Positions 1-10,419 of a stretch of 64,000 nt of DNA are shown piece by piece. The notes under the pieces are model-generated. The model was not told the origin of the DNA. It saw only the letters and a list, made by a program, of their open reading frames with translations, and did no database searches. The DNA comes from an uncultured Candidatus Binatia bacterium. Lineage in GTDB: Bacteria; Desulfobacterota; Binatia; UBA9968; JAJDTQ01. The stretch's first letter is position 1. The number at the start of each line of letters is the position of its first letter. The stretch spans positions 3,872,001-3,936,000 of the forward strand of contig OZ251459.1 of NCBI GenBank assembly GCA_965242525.1. Direction: 5' to 3'. The translations under genes and the position numbers were made by a program.

Positions 1-899
1 CAATCTACTTGCTTACCCGCCAGAACGACGAGGCAGGGTTGCTAGACGTCATACGCTGGCGGGGGCGACTCGAAGGCGAACCCGACCCCTGGTGGCTTGT
101 CGAACAGATTCCATCCACCATCCGCATCGAAGGACGCTTCGATGAAGTGTCTAACCATTCGACGAGCTTCGACTTACAGCGCGTGAGCGAGCCTGACGAG
201 GATATCGAAGATCAGACAACCTTCCTCGCCAAGCTCGCCATCGAGTCTAGCTACGCCGGTCATGCCCAAAGCACGGATGTGGCGCTGTTTTCGGATCGGC
301 CCCGCCGCACTGGCTTCCAAGGTCGGCATTGGCTGTGCCGATCCGCTCTCACTAGTCCGTTCTGGGTCAATCGTGTGGACACGCTTGCCGAATCCAACAA
401 GGCTGCGCTAGAGACGGGCACAAAGGTGAAGGTGATCGACTTCATCAAGAAGCATCTCGACGCTCGGATGACGAACATCGAGCTGGCGGACAAGTTCAAC
501 CGGTTCCTGGTGAGCCACCTGGACTTCGACCGGGCACCGGACTTATCATCGTTCGGCGACGGTATGCGACGGATATTCGAGATTGGTTTGCTGTTTGCAG
601 GTGTTCGGGGTGGGGTGCTGCTCATCGACGAGTTCGAGAACGCAATCCACACAGAACTACTTATCCCCTTTACCCGCGTTGTCCAAGAACTTGCTGTGGA
701 ACTCAATGTACAGGTCTTCCTGACCACTCACAGCAAGGAAGCACTGGATGCCTTCATAGAGAACGGATATAACACTGACGACGTCGCCGGCTATGCAATC
801 TGCCAGGGAGACGAAGGTGCCGGCGTTCGACGTTTTGACGGTAACAGACTCCAGCGTCTGAACAGAGCCCTCGATTTTGACCTCAGGGGCATTCGATGA
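1..899 (+). CDS. ABC/AAA_15-AAA_21-type ATPase, 5'-truncated by the window edge; putative defence ATPase
   Basis: Signature-like 'LSSFGDGMRR', Walker B/D-loop 'VLLIDEFENAIH', H-loop 'FLTTHS'. The frame is open to the window start (IYLLTRQND), so Walker A should lie upstream. Confidence 0.8.
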   Translation, partial: IYLLTRQNDEAGLLDVIRWRGRLEGEPDPWWLVEQIPSTIRIEGRFDEVSNHSTSFDLQRVSEPDEDIEDQTTFLAKLAIESSYAGHAQSTDVALFSDRPRRTGFQGRHWLCRSALTSPFWVNRVDTLAESNKAALETGTKVKVIDFIKKHLDARMTNIELADKFNRFLVSHLDFDRAPDLSSFGDGMRRIFEIGLLFAGVRGGVLLIDEFENAIHTELLIPFTRVVQELAVELNVQVFLTTHSKEALDAFIENGYNTDDVAGYAICQGDEGAGVRRFDGNRLQRLNRALDFDLRGIR

Positions 900-1741
900 A
901 GGCGCTTCTGGTCCTCTGTGAAGGTCTCCACGAGATCGTGTTCGTGCAGCGAAGCCTGGGGGCTGTTGCCGGTTGCTGTTGGGTGCAGAAACCCATAAAA
1001 AACCTGCCCTCGCCATTCGGTACTATTCCTGGCACATCGCCCAAAGGGTTGATTGCGAGGCGTATTGAGAGAAACGTCGACGATCTGACCCTTCGGAGCG
1101 CTGCATATCCCCCGCTGCCGCAGTTCCAGTCCGCCGTATCTGATGAGAAGACAGATACCATCTTCTTGCTGATTCGCGCTAATGGCAAGGACCAGCCCAA
1201 CGCCGTCAACGATCTCTTGGGAGATGTTGAAGAATCAATGGGCATAGGCAGCGTAGACGTAACGAAGTATGCTGTGGCGTTCCTGTTCGACGCGAACACC
1301 GTGGGGATGACGGCGACATTGACCAAGTTTCGCGTGCACTACTATAGCCATTTCGGCGATTTGTCGGAGGCTAGACACTCGAAGTGGGTAGCCACGGCCA
1401 AGTGCCCGGTTGGTGTGTTCGTCTTCCACAAAGCAGCGACGGACGAAACGGGTACGCTTGACGATCACCTGGCACCGATGGTCAAGTCAACTTGGCCGGA
1501 CAGATACACCAGCGCATGCGGCTTTATCGACGACAACAGAAAGCCCGGCGACGAAGTGTCCCATAACAGTGCAGGGCGGCTAAAGGCCATCATCACGTCG
1601 GCCGGACAGTTCGATCATCCTGGATCGCCCATGTCGACCATGATCGCCCGAGATGGCATTCCCAAGACGCGATTTGAAACGTCTCCAATGAGCCAAGCGC
1701 TGGTTGACTTCCTTCAGGGAGTTCCGTGGCACAATTATTGA
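896..1741 (+). CDS. TOPRIM-like protein (DUF3226/OLD-TOPRIM-like), partner of the upstream ATPase
   Basis: ATGA overlap with the ATPase; N-terminal 'LVLCEGLHE' TOPRIM-type EG motif; 'AFLFDAN' as a degenerate DxD. Confidence 0.6.
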   Translation: MKALLVLCEGLHEIVFVQRSLGAVAGCCWVQKPIKNLPSPFGTIPGTSPKGLIARRIERNVDDLTLRSAAYPPLPQFQSAVSDEKTDTIFLLIRANGKDQPNAVNDLLGDVEESMGIGSVDVTKYAVAFLFDANTVGMTATLTKFRVHYYSHFGDLSEARHSKWVATAKCPVGVFVFHKAATDETGTLDDHLAPMVKSTWPDRYTSACGFIDDNRKPGDEVSHNSAGRLKAIITSAGQFDHPGSPMSTMIARDGIPKTRFETSPMSQALVDFLQGVPWHNY

Positions 1742-1772
1742 GATTATCAATCTTGCAGTCCGAGGACGTAGC

Positions 1773-4700
1773 ATGAACGAGAACAGTTTCGTACATCTTC
1801 ACTGCCATACCCAGTACAGCCTGCTGGACGGGGCCAACAAGATCGAGCCGCTGATCGAGCGGGCCAGGGGCATGGGGCAGACGGCCATCGCCATGACCGA
1901 CCACGGCAACATGTTCGGCGCGGTGGAGTTCTACCGGGCGGCGGCCGCCGCGGGGGTCAAACCGATCCTCGGGTGCGAGGTCTATGTGGCGCCGGGCAGC
2001 CGCTTCGACCGACAGGGAGGGGTGGACCGGGGCAACAGGGAGTACAACCACCACCTGATCCTGCTGGCCATGGACAACGAGGGCTACCGCAACCTGTGCC
2101 GGCTGGTGACGCTGGGCTTCCGGGAGGGGTTCTACTACAAGCCGCGCATCGACAAGGAGCTGTTGCGGGAGCACAACGCCGGCATCATCGCCCTGAGCGG
2201 CTGCCTGAGCAGCGAGATGGCCAAGGCCCTGACCCAGGGGTCCCTGGACCAGGCCCGGCAGGTGGCGGAAACCTACCGGGCCATCTTCGACGACCGCTAC
2301 TACCTGGAGGTCCAGGACAACAAGCTGTCGCTGCAGCAGAAGGTCAACGACGGCGTCATCGAGCTCGGCAAGGAGCTGTCCCTGCCCATAGTGGCCACCA
2401 ACGACTGCCACTACCTGGAGCCGGAAGACGCCAAGGCCCACGACATCCTCCTGTGCATCCAGACCGGCAAGGGCCACGACGACCCCAACCGCATGAAGAT
2501 GGACACCGAGGAGCTCTTTCTCAAGTCCACCGCGGAGATGGCCGCCGGGTTCGAGGGCATGCCGGAAGCCGTCACGCAGAGCGCGGCCATCGCCGAGCGC
2601 TGCAACGTGGAGATCGAGTTCGGCAAGTACCACTTCCCGCACTACGAGACGCCGGACTCCCAGAGCCTCGACGACTACCTGGACACCCGCGCCCGCAAGG
2701 GGCTCGCCGACCGGCTCGCGGACGCGGGGGAGGTCGATCAGGACGCCTACCGCGAAAGGCTCGAATACGAGCTCGACGTCATCAAGAGCATGCAGTTCCC
2801 GGGCTACTTCCTCATCGTTGCGGACTTCATCAACTACGCCAAGGACGAAGGCATCCCGGTGGGTCCGGGGCGCGGCTCCGCGGCCGGCAGCCTGGTGGCC
2901 TACGCCCTGCGCATCACCGACCTCGACCCCATACGTCACAACCTGCTGTTCGAGCGTTTCCTGAACCCGGAGCGGCGCTCCATGCCGGACATCGACGTGG
3001 ACTTCTGCATCCGCGGGCGGGACCAGGTGATCCGCTACGTGAAGGACAAGTACGGCGACGACAAGGTGGCCCAGATCACCACCTTCGGGACCCTCAAGGC
3101 CAAGGCCGCCATCCGGGACGTGGGGCGCGCCCTGGGGCTCTCGTTCGCGGAGACCGACGCCATCGCCAAGCTCGTGCCGGCGCCCAAGCAGGGGTTCGAC
3201 TGCCCGCTCTCCGAGGCCCTCAAGCAGGAGCCGCGCCTGAACCGGTTGGCGGACGAAGACCCCCGGGTGGCCCGCCTCATCAACCACGCCCTGCGCCTGG
3301 AGGGCCTCACCCGGCACTCTTCGACCCACGCCGCGGGCGTGGTCATCTCCAACCGCCCCCTGGTGGACTACCTGCCCCTGTACGTGGACCGGGAAGGCGG
3401 CATCGTCACCCAGTACGACATGTCGAGCGTGGAGAAGATCGGCCTCGTCAAGTTCGACTTCCTGGGACTCAAGACCCTGACCCTCATCCACGACTGCCTG
3501 GACCTGGTGCGGGAGAGCCGCGGCCAGGCCCCGGACCTGAAGACCCTGCCGCTGGACGACGAAGAGGCGTACCGCCTCCTGGGCAGCGGCGACACCACCG
3601 GGATCTTCCAGTTGGAGAGCACGGGCATCCGCGAGATGAGCGTACGCATCAAGCCCAACTGCTTCGAGGACGTGGTGGCCATACTCGCCCTCTACCGCCC
3701 AGGCCCGCTGGACAGCGGCATGGCCGAGGAATACATCAAGCGCAAGAGCGGCAAGGAGAAGACCACCTACCTGCACCCGGCCCTGGGACCCATCCTGAAG
3801 GACACCTACGGCGTCATCGTCTATCAGGAGCAGGTCATGCAGATCGCCCAGACCATGGCCAGGTACGGCCTCGGGGAGGCCGACATCCTGCGCCGGGCCA
3901 TGGGCAAGAAGGACCCCGAGGAAATGGCCAGCCAGAGGGAGCGGTTCATCCGGGGGGCCCGGGACAACGGCATCCGGGAGGACCTCGCCACCGCCATCTT
4001 CGACCAGATGGAGACCTTCGCGCGCTACGGCTTCAACAAGTCCCATTCCGCGGCCTACGCCCTGGTCTCCTACCAGACGGCCTACCTGAAGGCCCACTAC
4101 CCGGTGGAGTTCATGGCCGCCCTGATGAGTTCGGAGGTCGGCGACATCGACAAGGTGATCAAGAACCTCGCCGACTGCCGCAAGCAGGGCATCGAGGTGC
4201 TGCCCCCGGACGTGAACGAAGGCGGCCCCCGTTTCACCGTGGTGGGCGACCGCATCCGCTTCGGCCTCTCCGCGGTCAAGAACGTGGGGGAAAAGGCCGT
4301 GGAGAGCATCCGGGAGACCCGCGAGCGCACCGGACCGTTCGAGTCCCTGTTCGACTTCTGCCGGCGGGTGGACCTAAACGTGGCCAACCGGCGGGTGCTG
4401 GAGAGCCTCATCAAGTGCGGCGCCTTCGATTCCACCGGGGTCTTCCGGGCGCGCCTCATGGCCTCGCTGGACGACGCCCTCAAGACCGGCCAGTCGTCCC
4501 GGCGGGACCGGGACAGCGCCCAGATCGGCATGTTCGACATGCTCGAAACGCCGGAGGCCAGGGACCCCATGGACGCCTACCGGTCGGTGGACGAGTGGAC
4601 CGGCGGCCAGCTCCTCGCCTTCGAGAAGGAGGCCCTGGGCTTCTACATCACCGGCCATCCCCTGGACCGGTTCGAGGAGTCCCTGAAACGCCTCCACGCG

Positions 4701-5267
4701 CTGCCGGCCAACCGGGTGCGGGAGCACGGCCAGAGCGGCGAGGTCAGCATGGTCGGAGTGGTGACCGCGCTGAAGCTCAAGAACACCAAGAAGGGGGACC
4801 GGTACGCGAACTTCAACCTGGAGGACAAGACCGGGTTCGTGGACACCATCGCGTGGCCGGACACCTACCGCCAGACGGCCGACTCCATCGGCGGCGACGA
4901 CCCCATACGGGTCAACGGCCGGCTCGACGTGGGAGAGGAACGGGTCACGTTGATCGCCAACGAGATCCTCCCCCTGGACCAGGCCTGCGCCCAAGTCATG
5001 GCCGCCCCTTCCGCGACTCCTTCCGCGGCCCCTCCCGCGGAGGTCCACTTCTACCTGAAGGAGGTCACCCGGCGCGAGTTGCAGGCGTTCCACGACCTCA
5101 TCGCGCAGGAGCAGGGGCAGTCCTCGGTCTTCCTGCACATGACCACCGGCGCCCGGGAAACGAAGGTCGTCGGACCCGCCAACTTCCGCATCAACCCGTC
5201 GAGGACGCTCCTGGACACGGTGCACCGGAGGTTCGGCGCCCGCATCACCGCCAGAAGGGGCCAGTAG
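1773..5267 (+). CDS. dnaE: DNA polymerase III alpha subunit
   Basis: PHP motifs [13 protein letters not shown] and TDHGN; GRGSAAGS; catalytic PDIDVDF; FNKSHSAAY; C-terminal OB fold. ATG at 1773 follows GAGGA. Confidence 0.98.
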   Translation: MNENSFVHLHCHTQYSLLDGANKIEPLIERARGMGQTAIAMTDHGNMFGAVEFYRAAAAAGVKPILGCEVYVAPGSRFDRQGGVDRGNREYNHHLILLAMDNEGYRNLCRLVTLGFREGFYYKPRIDKELLREHNAGIIALSGCLSSEMAKALTQGSLDQARQVAETYRAIFDDRYYLEVQDNKLSLQQKVNDGVIELGKELSLPIVATNDCHYLEPEDAKAHDILLCIQTGKGHDDPNRMKMDTEELFLKSTAEMAAGFEGMPEAVTQSAAIAERCNVEIEFGKYHFPHYETPDSQSLDDYLDTRARKGLADRLADAGEVDQDAYRERLEYELDVIKSMQFPGYFLIVADFINYAKDEGIPVGPGRGSAAGSLVAYALRITDLDPIRHNLLFERFLNPERRSMPDIDVDFCIRGRDQVIRYVKDKYGDDKVAQITTFGTLKAKAAIRDVGRALGLSFAETDAIAKLVPAPKQGFDCPLSEALKQEPRLNRLADEDPRVARLINHALRLEGLTRHSSTHAAGVVISNRPLVDYLPLYVDREGGIVTQYDMSSVEKIGLVKFDFLGLKTLTLIHDCLDLVRESRGQAPDLKTLPLDDEEAYRLLGSGDTTGIFQLESTGIREMSVRIKPNCFEDVVAILALYRPGPLDSGMAEEYIKRKSGKEKTTYLHPALGPILKDTYGVIVYQEQVMQIAQTMARYGLGEADILRRAMGKKDPEEMASQRERFIRGARDNGIREDLATAIFDQMETFARYGFNKSHSAAYALVSYQTAYLKAHYPVEFMAALMSSEVGDIDKVIKNLADCRKQGIEVLPPDVNEGGPRFTVVGDRIRFGLSAVKNVGEKAVESIRETRERTGPFESLFDFCRRVDLNVANRRVLESLIKCGAFDSTGVFRARLMASLDDALKTGQSSRRDRDSAQIGMFDMLETPEARDPMDAYRSVDEWTGGQLLAFEKEALGFYITGHPLDRFEESLKRLHALPANRVREHGQSGEVSMVGVVTALKLKNTKKGDRYANFNLEDKTGFVDTIAWPDTYRQTADSIGGDDPIRVNGRLDVGEERVTLIANEILPLDQACAQVMAAPSATPSAAPPAEVHFYLKEVTRRELQAFHDLIAQEQGQSSVFLHMTTGARETKVVGPANFRINPSRTLLDTVHRRFGARITARRGQ

Positions 5268-5268
5268 C

Positions 5269-6561
5269 CTGGACCGGGGACCGGACCATTCGGCCGAGCG
5301 CACGGAGCGCGCGGTCCTGGTGGGGGTGGAGACGCCGTCGCCTGCGGGGGACGTGGCCCTGGAAGACAGCCTGGAGGAGCTCCGGGGACTCGCCGCCAGC
5401 GCGGGCGCCGAGGTCATCGGCGTGTTCGGCCAGCGTTCCGCCAGGGCCCATGCGGCCACGCTCGCCGGCCCCGGCAAGGTGGCCGCGGTCCGGGCGTTCG
5501 CGGAGGAGCACCGCCCGGACCTGGTCATCTTCGACAACGACCTCACGCCGGCGCAGCAGCGGAACCTGGAATCGGAGTGGAAGGTGCGGGTCATCGACCG
5601 CACCCAGCTCATCCTCGACATCTTCGCACAGCGGGCCCGGAGCCGGGAAGGCAAGCTCCAGGTGGAGCTGGCCCAGCTCCAGTACCTGCTCCCCCGGCTC
5701 ACCCGGCTCTGGTCCCACCTGTCCCGGCTCGGCGGCGGCATCGGCGCCCGCGGACCGGGCGAGACCCAACTGGAGGTGGACCGCAGGCGCATCCGCGAGC
5801 GCATCGGCCGGCTCAAGCGGCGGCTGGACGGCGTCGCCCGGACCCGGCGGCTCCAACGCAAGGAACGGGAGGCGTTCCCGTACCCCACCGTGGCCCTGGT
5901 GGGTTACACCAACTCGGGCAAATCCACACTCCTGAACCGCCTGACCCGGGCGGGCGCGCTGGTGGAGGACAAGCTCTTCGCCACCCTGGACCCGCGCACC
6001 CGCGCCCTCCGGCTGCCCAACGGGGACCGGGTGATGCTGGTGGACACCGTGGGCTTCATCAACAAGATCCCCCATGCCCTCATGGACGCTTTCAAGGCCA
6101 CCCTGGAAGAGATCGGCCAAGCCGACCTGCTGTTGTGCGTCATGGACCCCACGAGCCCGCTGGCGGAACGGCAGCACGCGGTGGTGGAATCGGTGCTCGA
6201 GGAGATCGGCGCCGCCGACATCCCCCGGTTGCTGGCGCCCAACAAGATCGACGCGGCCCCGCACCTGCCCGCCTACCCGACCGCGGGCCACGAGGGCCTG
6301 TGCCCCATCTCCGCCCGCACCGGCGCCGGCATCGACGGTCTCCTGGATGCCATCGGGAACGTGCTGGACCGCGGCAAACAGAGGATCCGCCTGACCCTGC
6401 GGCAGTCCGAGTCCGTGATCCTGCCGTTCCTGAGGGCCCGCGGGCGGGTGCTCGCCGAGGAATACGGCGAGCACCACGTGCAGGTCACCGCGCTGGTGAC
6501 GGCGAAGGTCTCGGGGCAGATCAAGAAGCTGGCCGCCCGCGGAGCCGCCGGCGAGGGGTGA
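5269..6561 (+). CDS. hflX: GTPase HflX
   Basis: [14 protein letters not shown]1 [27 protein letters not shown]. Conserved 'ERAVLVGV' lies upstream of GTG 5320, which suggests a CTG start at 5269. Confidence 0.95.
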   Translation: MDRGPDHSAERTERAVLVGVETPSPAGDVALEDSLEELRGLAASAGAEVIGVFGQRSARAHAATLAGPGKVAAVRAFAEEHRPDLVIFDNDLTPAQQRNLESEWKVRVIDRTQLILDIFAQRARSREGKLQVELAQLQYLLPRLTRLWSHLSRLGGGIGARGPGETQLEVDRRRIRERIGRLKRRLDGVARTRRLQRKEREAFPYPTVALVGYTNSGKSTLLNRLTRAGALVEDKLFATLDPRTRALRLPNGDRVMLVDTVGFINKIPHALMDAFKATLEEIGQADLLLCVMDPTSPLAERQHAVVESVLEEIGAADIPRLLAPNKIDAAPHLPAYPTAGHEGLCPISARTGAGIDGLLDAIGNVLDRGKQRIRLTLRQSESVILPFLRARGRVLAEEYGEHHVQVTALVTAKVSGQIKKLAARGAAGEG

Positions 6562-6566
6562 CGGAA

Positions 6567-6600
6567 GAGCGTAACGAAGCAAGTCGAAGCACGCGCCCTT
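6567..6600 (+). repeat. Degenerate copy of the REP-like core
   Basis: gagcgtaacgaagcaagtcgaagcacgcg resembles gagcgtagcgaagcgaagtcgaaggacgc. Confidence 0.6.
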
Positions 6601-6721
6601 GACCGGACGTTCCTCTACTTGCTGCCGACGGATGCCGGCGGAGTGGTTGCGTCGGGGGGTCCGAAGGTAATATGGAGGAAGGGTTCGAAGCGCCCGGTTC
6701 CGGCGTGAGGAGGCATCGCCC

Positions 6722-7696
6722 ATGGAAACGCTGTTCAACAGTCCTGACAAGTTCGCCAGCCGTTTCGCCACCGTGGACGGCTACAGGACCCACTACGTCG
6801 AGGCGGGGGAAGGGAACCCGGATCGGTTGCTGCTGGTGCACGGCGGCGCCATCGAGGTGGGCATGGGCTGTTACCGCTGGTACGCCAACGTCATCCCGCT
6901 GGCGAAGAAGTTCCATGTTTTCGCCATCGACGAGCTCGGCCACGGCTACACCGACCCGCCCCGGAACCTCGACGACCTGAGCCACATCCGGGTGCGGGCA
7001 GACCACGTGCTGAGCTTCATCGAGACCTTGGGACTCGGTCCCGTCAACCTGGCCGGCCAGTCCCAGGGGGGCTGGATCGTCACCTACATCACCCTCGAGC
7101 GGCCGGACCTGGTGAAGAAGCTCATACTCATCGACAGCGGCAGCACCGCGGGGCGGCCCGCGGAAGTGGCCTCGGTGGGGTCCACGGAGGTGGATGGCGT
7201 CCCGGTGTCCGGAGACGCCACCGAGCTGCCCTACTACAGGGAGTTGTTCGAGCCCGGCACCATGCGGCCGAAGGAGGGCCTGACCACCACCCGGGAGGGC
7301 GTGCGCAAGTACGCCAGCGCGTTCTTCCACGACAAGTCCATGGTCACCGAAGAGTTCCTGGACCACCTGATGGAGCTGTCGGGCAAGTGGAGCCAGCTCT
7401 ACATGGACCACCGGGGCAAGGACTTCTGGTCCCACACCAGCCTCGCCGACCACCGCCGGCAACTGGAGGTCGATGGCAAGCACATCCGCGAGCACGTGCA
7501 CCGGATCGAAACGCCCACCCTGGTGGTGTGGGGCAAGAACTCCAACAAGGGGCTCGACATGGGCTTCCTGCTCTACAAGCTCTTCCCCAACGCCCAGATG
7601 CACATACTGGACAAGGCCAACCACTTCCTGTGGCTGGACCAATGGCGCGACTTCAACGCGCTGGTGGAGTGGTTCGTTTGCAAGGAGGAGGGTTAG
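6722..7696 (+). CDS. Alpha/beta hydrolase (MhpC/BphD-like C-C hydrolase or esterase)
   Basis: HGG oxyanion region, GQSQGG nucleophile elbow, C-terminal 'ANHFLWLDQ' catalytic His; SD GAGGAGG. Confidence 0.85.
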   Translation: METLFNSPDKFASRFATVDGYRTHYVEAGEGNPDRLLLVHGGAIEVGMGCYRWYANVIPLAKKFHVFAIDELGHGYTDPPRNLDDLSHIRVRADHVLSFIETLGLGPVNLAGQSQGGWIVTYITLERPDLVKKLILIDSGSTAGRPAEVASVGSTEVDGVPVSGDATELPYYRELFEPGTMRPKEGLTTTREGVRKYASAFFHDKSMVTEEFLDHLMELSGKWSQLYMDHRGKDFWSHTSLADHRRQLEVDGKHIREHVHRIETPTLVVWGKNSNKGLDMGFLLYKLFPNAQMHILDKANHFLWLDQWRDFNALVEWFVCKEEG

Positions 7697-7702
7697 GCGA
7701 TC

Positions 7703-7840
7703 ATGGAGACCCTCTTCAACAGCCCGGACGAATGGAGCAGCCGTTCCACCGAGGCCGACGGCTACCGCACCCACTACATCGAGGCCGGGGCGTCCAACCC
7801 GGAACGCCTGCTGTCGCGCTCAAGTCCTTGGCGTCCATGA
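7703..7840 (+). pseudogene. Truncated N-terminal stub of a paralogous alpha/beta hydrolase
   Basis: METLFNSPDEWSSRSTEADGYRTHYIEAGASNPERLL matches METLFNSPDKFASRFATVDGYRTHYVEAGEGNPDRLL of the upstream gene; similarity breaks at ~7813. Confidence 0.85.
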
Positions 7841-7963
7841 GCGTCTTCATCCTTGCAGCATGAACGGAAGTCCGCCTCTGTCCAGTGTCGTTCCCCGTTG
7901 GAATCACGTCCCCCCTTCAGTGGCATCCTGCATTGGACAATCCTGCTGCCCCGAGGCCCTCGC

Positions 7964-10327
7964 GTGGCGCTGACCGAAGCCGACACCTGCCGCAAGTTCG
8001 TCGTCCGGAGGTTGCAGGGGGCCGGATGGGACGACCCTCCCCACGCCATCGACGAGCAGCGGACGTTCACGGACGGACGGGTGGTCTTCGTCCGGGGCGA
8101 GGCCCGGCGCGGCAAGCAGAAGCGCGCCGACTACCTCCTGCGCTACCGCCCCGACTTCCCGATTGCAGTGGTCGAGGCCAAGGCCCGCTACAAGGGGGCG
8201 AGCGACGGGCTCCAGCAGGCCAAGGACTATGCCGAAACCCTGGGCCTGAAGTTCGCCTACGCCACCAACGGGACCGAGGTCGTCGAGTTCGACTATACGA
8301 CGGGCGTCGAACGCAGCGTCGCCGGGTTCCCCGGTCCCGAGGAACTGTGGCGCCGGCTGCGGGAGGCGGAAGCCATCACCGACGACCGCGTGGCCGACAC
8401 CCTGCTCACGCCGAGCCATCCCGACCGGACCCGGCCGCTCCGCTACTACCAGGAAACATCCGTCAACCGCGCGGTGCAAGCCCTCCTGCAAGGCCGCCGG
8501 CGCGTCCTCCTGACCCTGTGCACCGGCGCGGGCAAGACCGCGGTGGCCTTCCAGATCTGCTGGAAGCTATGGAAGGCCGGCTGGAACGCCCGGGGCGGGG
8601 GGCGCAAACCGAAGATCCTGTTCCTGGCCGACCGCAACGTGCTGGTGGACGACCCCATGGCCAGGGACTTCCTCCCGTTCGGCGACGCCCGGCACAAGAT
8701 CGGCGGCGGCGTGGCGGTCAAGAGCCGAGACATGTACTTCGCCATCTACCAGGCCATGGCCCGGGACGAGAACCGCCCGGGGCTGTACCGGGACTATCCG
8801 AGGGACTTCTTCGACCTCGTGGTGGTGGACGAATGCCACCGGGGCAGCGCCCGCGACGACAGCAATTGGCGGGAAATACTGGAATGGTTCGAGCCGGCAT
8901 ACCAGCTTGGCATGACGGCCACGCCGCTCCGTCAGGACAACGCCGACACCTACGCCTACTTCGGCGGCCCCCTCTACGAATACAGCCTCGCCCAGGGGAT
9001 CGACGACGGTTTCCTCGCCCCCTACCGCGTCCACCGGGTCATCACCGACTACGACGCCGCGGGCTGGCGTCCGGCGAAACACGAGCTCGACCGCTACGGA
9101 CGAGAGGTTCCGGACGCCCTGTACGGCACCAGGGACTTCGAGCGGGTGGTGGCCCTCCGCGCCCGCACCCGGGCCATCGCCCGGCATCTCACCGGCTTCC
9201 TCCGGCAGACCGACCGCTTCGCCAAGACCATCGTGTTCTGCGTGGACCAGGAGCACGCCTCGGAGATGCGCCAGGCGCTCGTCTCCCTCAACGCGGACCT
9301 GGTGAAGCAGCACCCGGACTACGTCTGCCGGGTGACCGCGGACGAGGGCGACGTGGGCAGCGCGCACCGCGCCAGGTTCCAGGACGTCGAGACCCGGACG
9401 CCGGCGGTCCTGACCACCTCGCACCTGCTCACCACCGGCGTGGACGCGCCCACCTGCAAGAACGTCGTCCTGGCCCGCGTCGTGGGATCCATGCCCGAGT
9501 TCAAGCAGATCATCGGGCGCGGCACACGGCTGCGCCCCGACTACGGCAAGCTGGCCTTCCACATCATCGACTACACCGGCAGCGCCACCGAGAAGTTCGC
9601 AGACCCGGCCTTCGACGGGGAGCCCGTGGGCGGACAGGAAGCGGTGGTCGATGCCGAGGGCGAGGTGGTCGAGGAGCACGAGGCGCCCGAGGCGGTGTAC
9701 CCGGCGGGCGACCTCGACGATACCCCGGAGATACACGAGCCGCCGGACGCCGAGCCGCGCAAGTTCTACGTGGACGGCGGCGCGGTCGAGGTCCTCCGGC
9801 ACCTGGTCTATGAGTTGGACCTCGATGGGAAACGGCTATCGACCCGCCGGTTGACCGATTACACGGGCGACAGGGTGCGCACGCTCTATCCCCGCGCCGT
9901 CGAACTGCGCAAGGACTGGCTCGATTCCGACCGTCGGGCGCAGGTGGTCGAAGACCTGGAGCAGAGGGGGATCGTGCTGGAAACCCTGGCCGAGGCCGTC
10001 GGCAAGCCGGAAGCCGACCCCTTCGACCTCCTGTGCCATCTCGCCTACAACGCGCCGCTGCGCACGCGCCGGGAGCGGGCCGACCGGCTGCGGCGGGACC
10101 AGGAGGATTTCTTCGACACTTTCGGTCCGCAGGCGCGGGAGGTGCTGGACGCCCTGCTCGAAAAGTACGCCGAGCACGGCAGCGCCCAGTTCAAGCTGCC
10201 CGAGGTCCTGGAAGTGCCGCCGTTCAGCGGCTGGGGCAACGTGGTCGAAATCGCCGACCGCTTCGGCGGCAGCCGGCAGCTTCGCAGCGCGGTCAGCGAC
10301 CTCCAACGCCTGCTCTACGCCGCATGA
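7964..10327 (+). CDS. hsdR: Type I restriction enzyme R subunit (EcoEI/EcoAI-like)
   Basis: Nuclease motif ADYLL...VVEAK; helicase motifs TGAGKT, VVDECHRG, GMTATP, QIIGRGTR; EcoEI-type C-terminus. GTG start at 7964 (ALTEADT). Confidence 0.95.
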   Translation: MALTEADTCRKFVVRRLQGAGWDDPPHAIDEQRTFTDGRVVFVRGEARRGKQKRADYLLRYRPDFPIAVVEAKARYKGASDGLQQAKDYAETLGLKFAYATNGTEVVEFDYTTGVERSVAGFPGPEELWRRLREAEAITDDRVADTLLTPSHPDRTRPLRYYQETSVNRAVQALLQGRRRVLLTLCTGAGKTAVAFQICWKLWKAGWNARGGGRKPKILFLADRNVLVDDPMARDFLPFGDARHKIGGGVAVKSRDMYFAIYQAMARDENRPGLYRDYPRDFFDLVVVDECHRGSARDDSNWREILEWFEPAYQLGMTATPLRQDNADTYAYFGGPLYEYSLAQGIDDGFLAPYRVHRVITDYDAAGWRPAKHELDRYGREVPDALYGTRDFERVVALRARTRAIARHLTGFLRQTDRFAKTIVFCVDQEHASEMRQALVSLNADLVKQHPDYVCRVTADEGDVGSAHRARFQDVETRTPAVLTTSHLLTTGVDAPTCKNVVLARVVGSMPEFKQIIGRGTRLRPDYGKLAFHIIDYTGSATEKFADPAFDGEPVGGQEAVVDAEGEVVEEHEAPEAVYPAGDLDDTPEIHEPPDAEPRKFYVDGGAVEVLRHLVYELDLDGKRLSTRRLTDYTGDRVRTLYPRAVELRKDWLDSDRRAQVVEDLEQRGIVLETLAEAVGKPEADPFDLLCHLAYNAPLRTRRERADRLRRDQEDFFDTFGPQAREVLDALLEKYAEHGSAQFKLPEVLEVPPFSGWGNVVEIADRFGGSRQLRSAVSDLQRLLYAA

Positions 10328-10368
10328 CCCGTTCGTCCCGAGCGTAGCGGAGCGGAGTCGAAGGACGC
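10328..10368 (+). repeat. REP-like core between hsdR and hsdM
   Basis: cccgttcgtcccgagcgtagcggagcggagtcgaaggacgc. Confidence 0.85.
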
Positions 10369-10419
10369 GCCCAGTCAGAGGACGTCCACCGCGGGCTTCC
10401 GCACCCGGGGGGTTCCGCA

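Noticed and set aside
1773-5267. Intein or split in dnaE
   Set aside because: The length (~1,165 aa) and continuous motifs match an uninterrupted DnaE.
1593-5935. Long alternative-frame and antisense ORFs (e.g. 1593-4097, 1973-5935, 36476-39364, 55814-58165)
   Set aside because: Shadow ORFs caused by high GC3 in real genes; Arg/Gly/Pro-rich or antisense-pattern sequence with no motifs.
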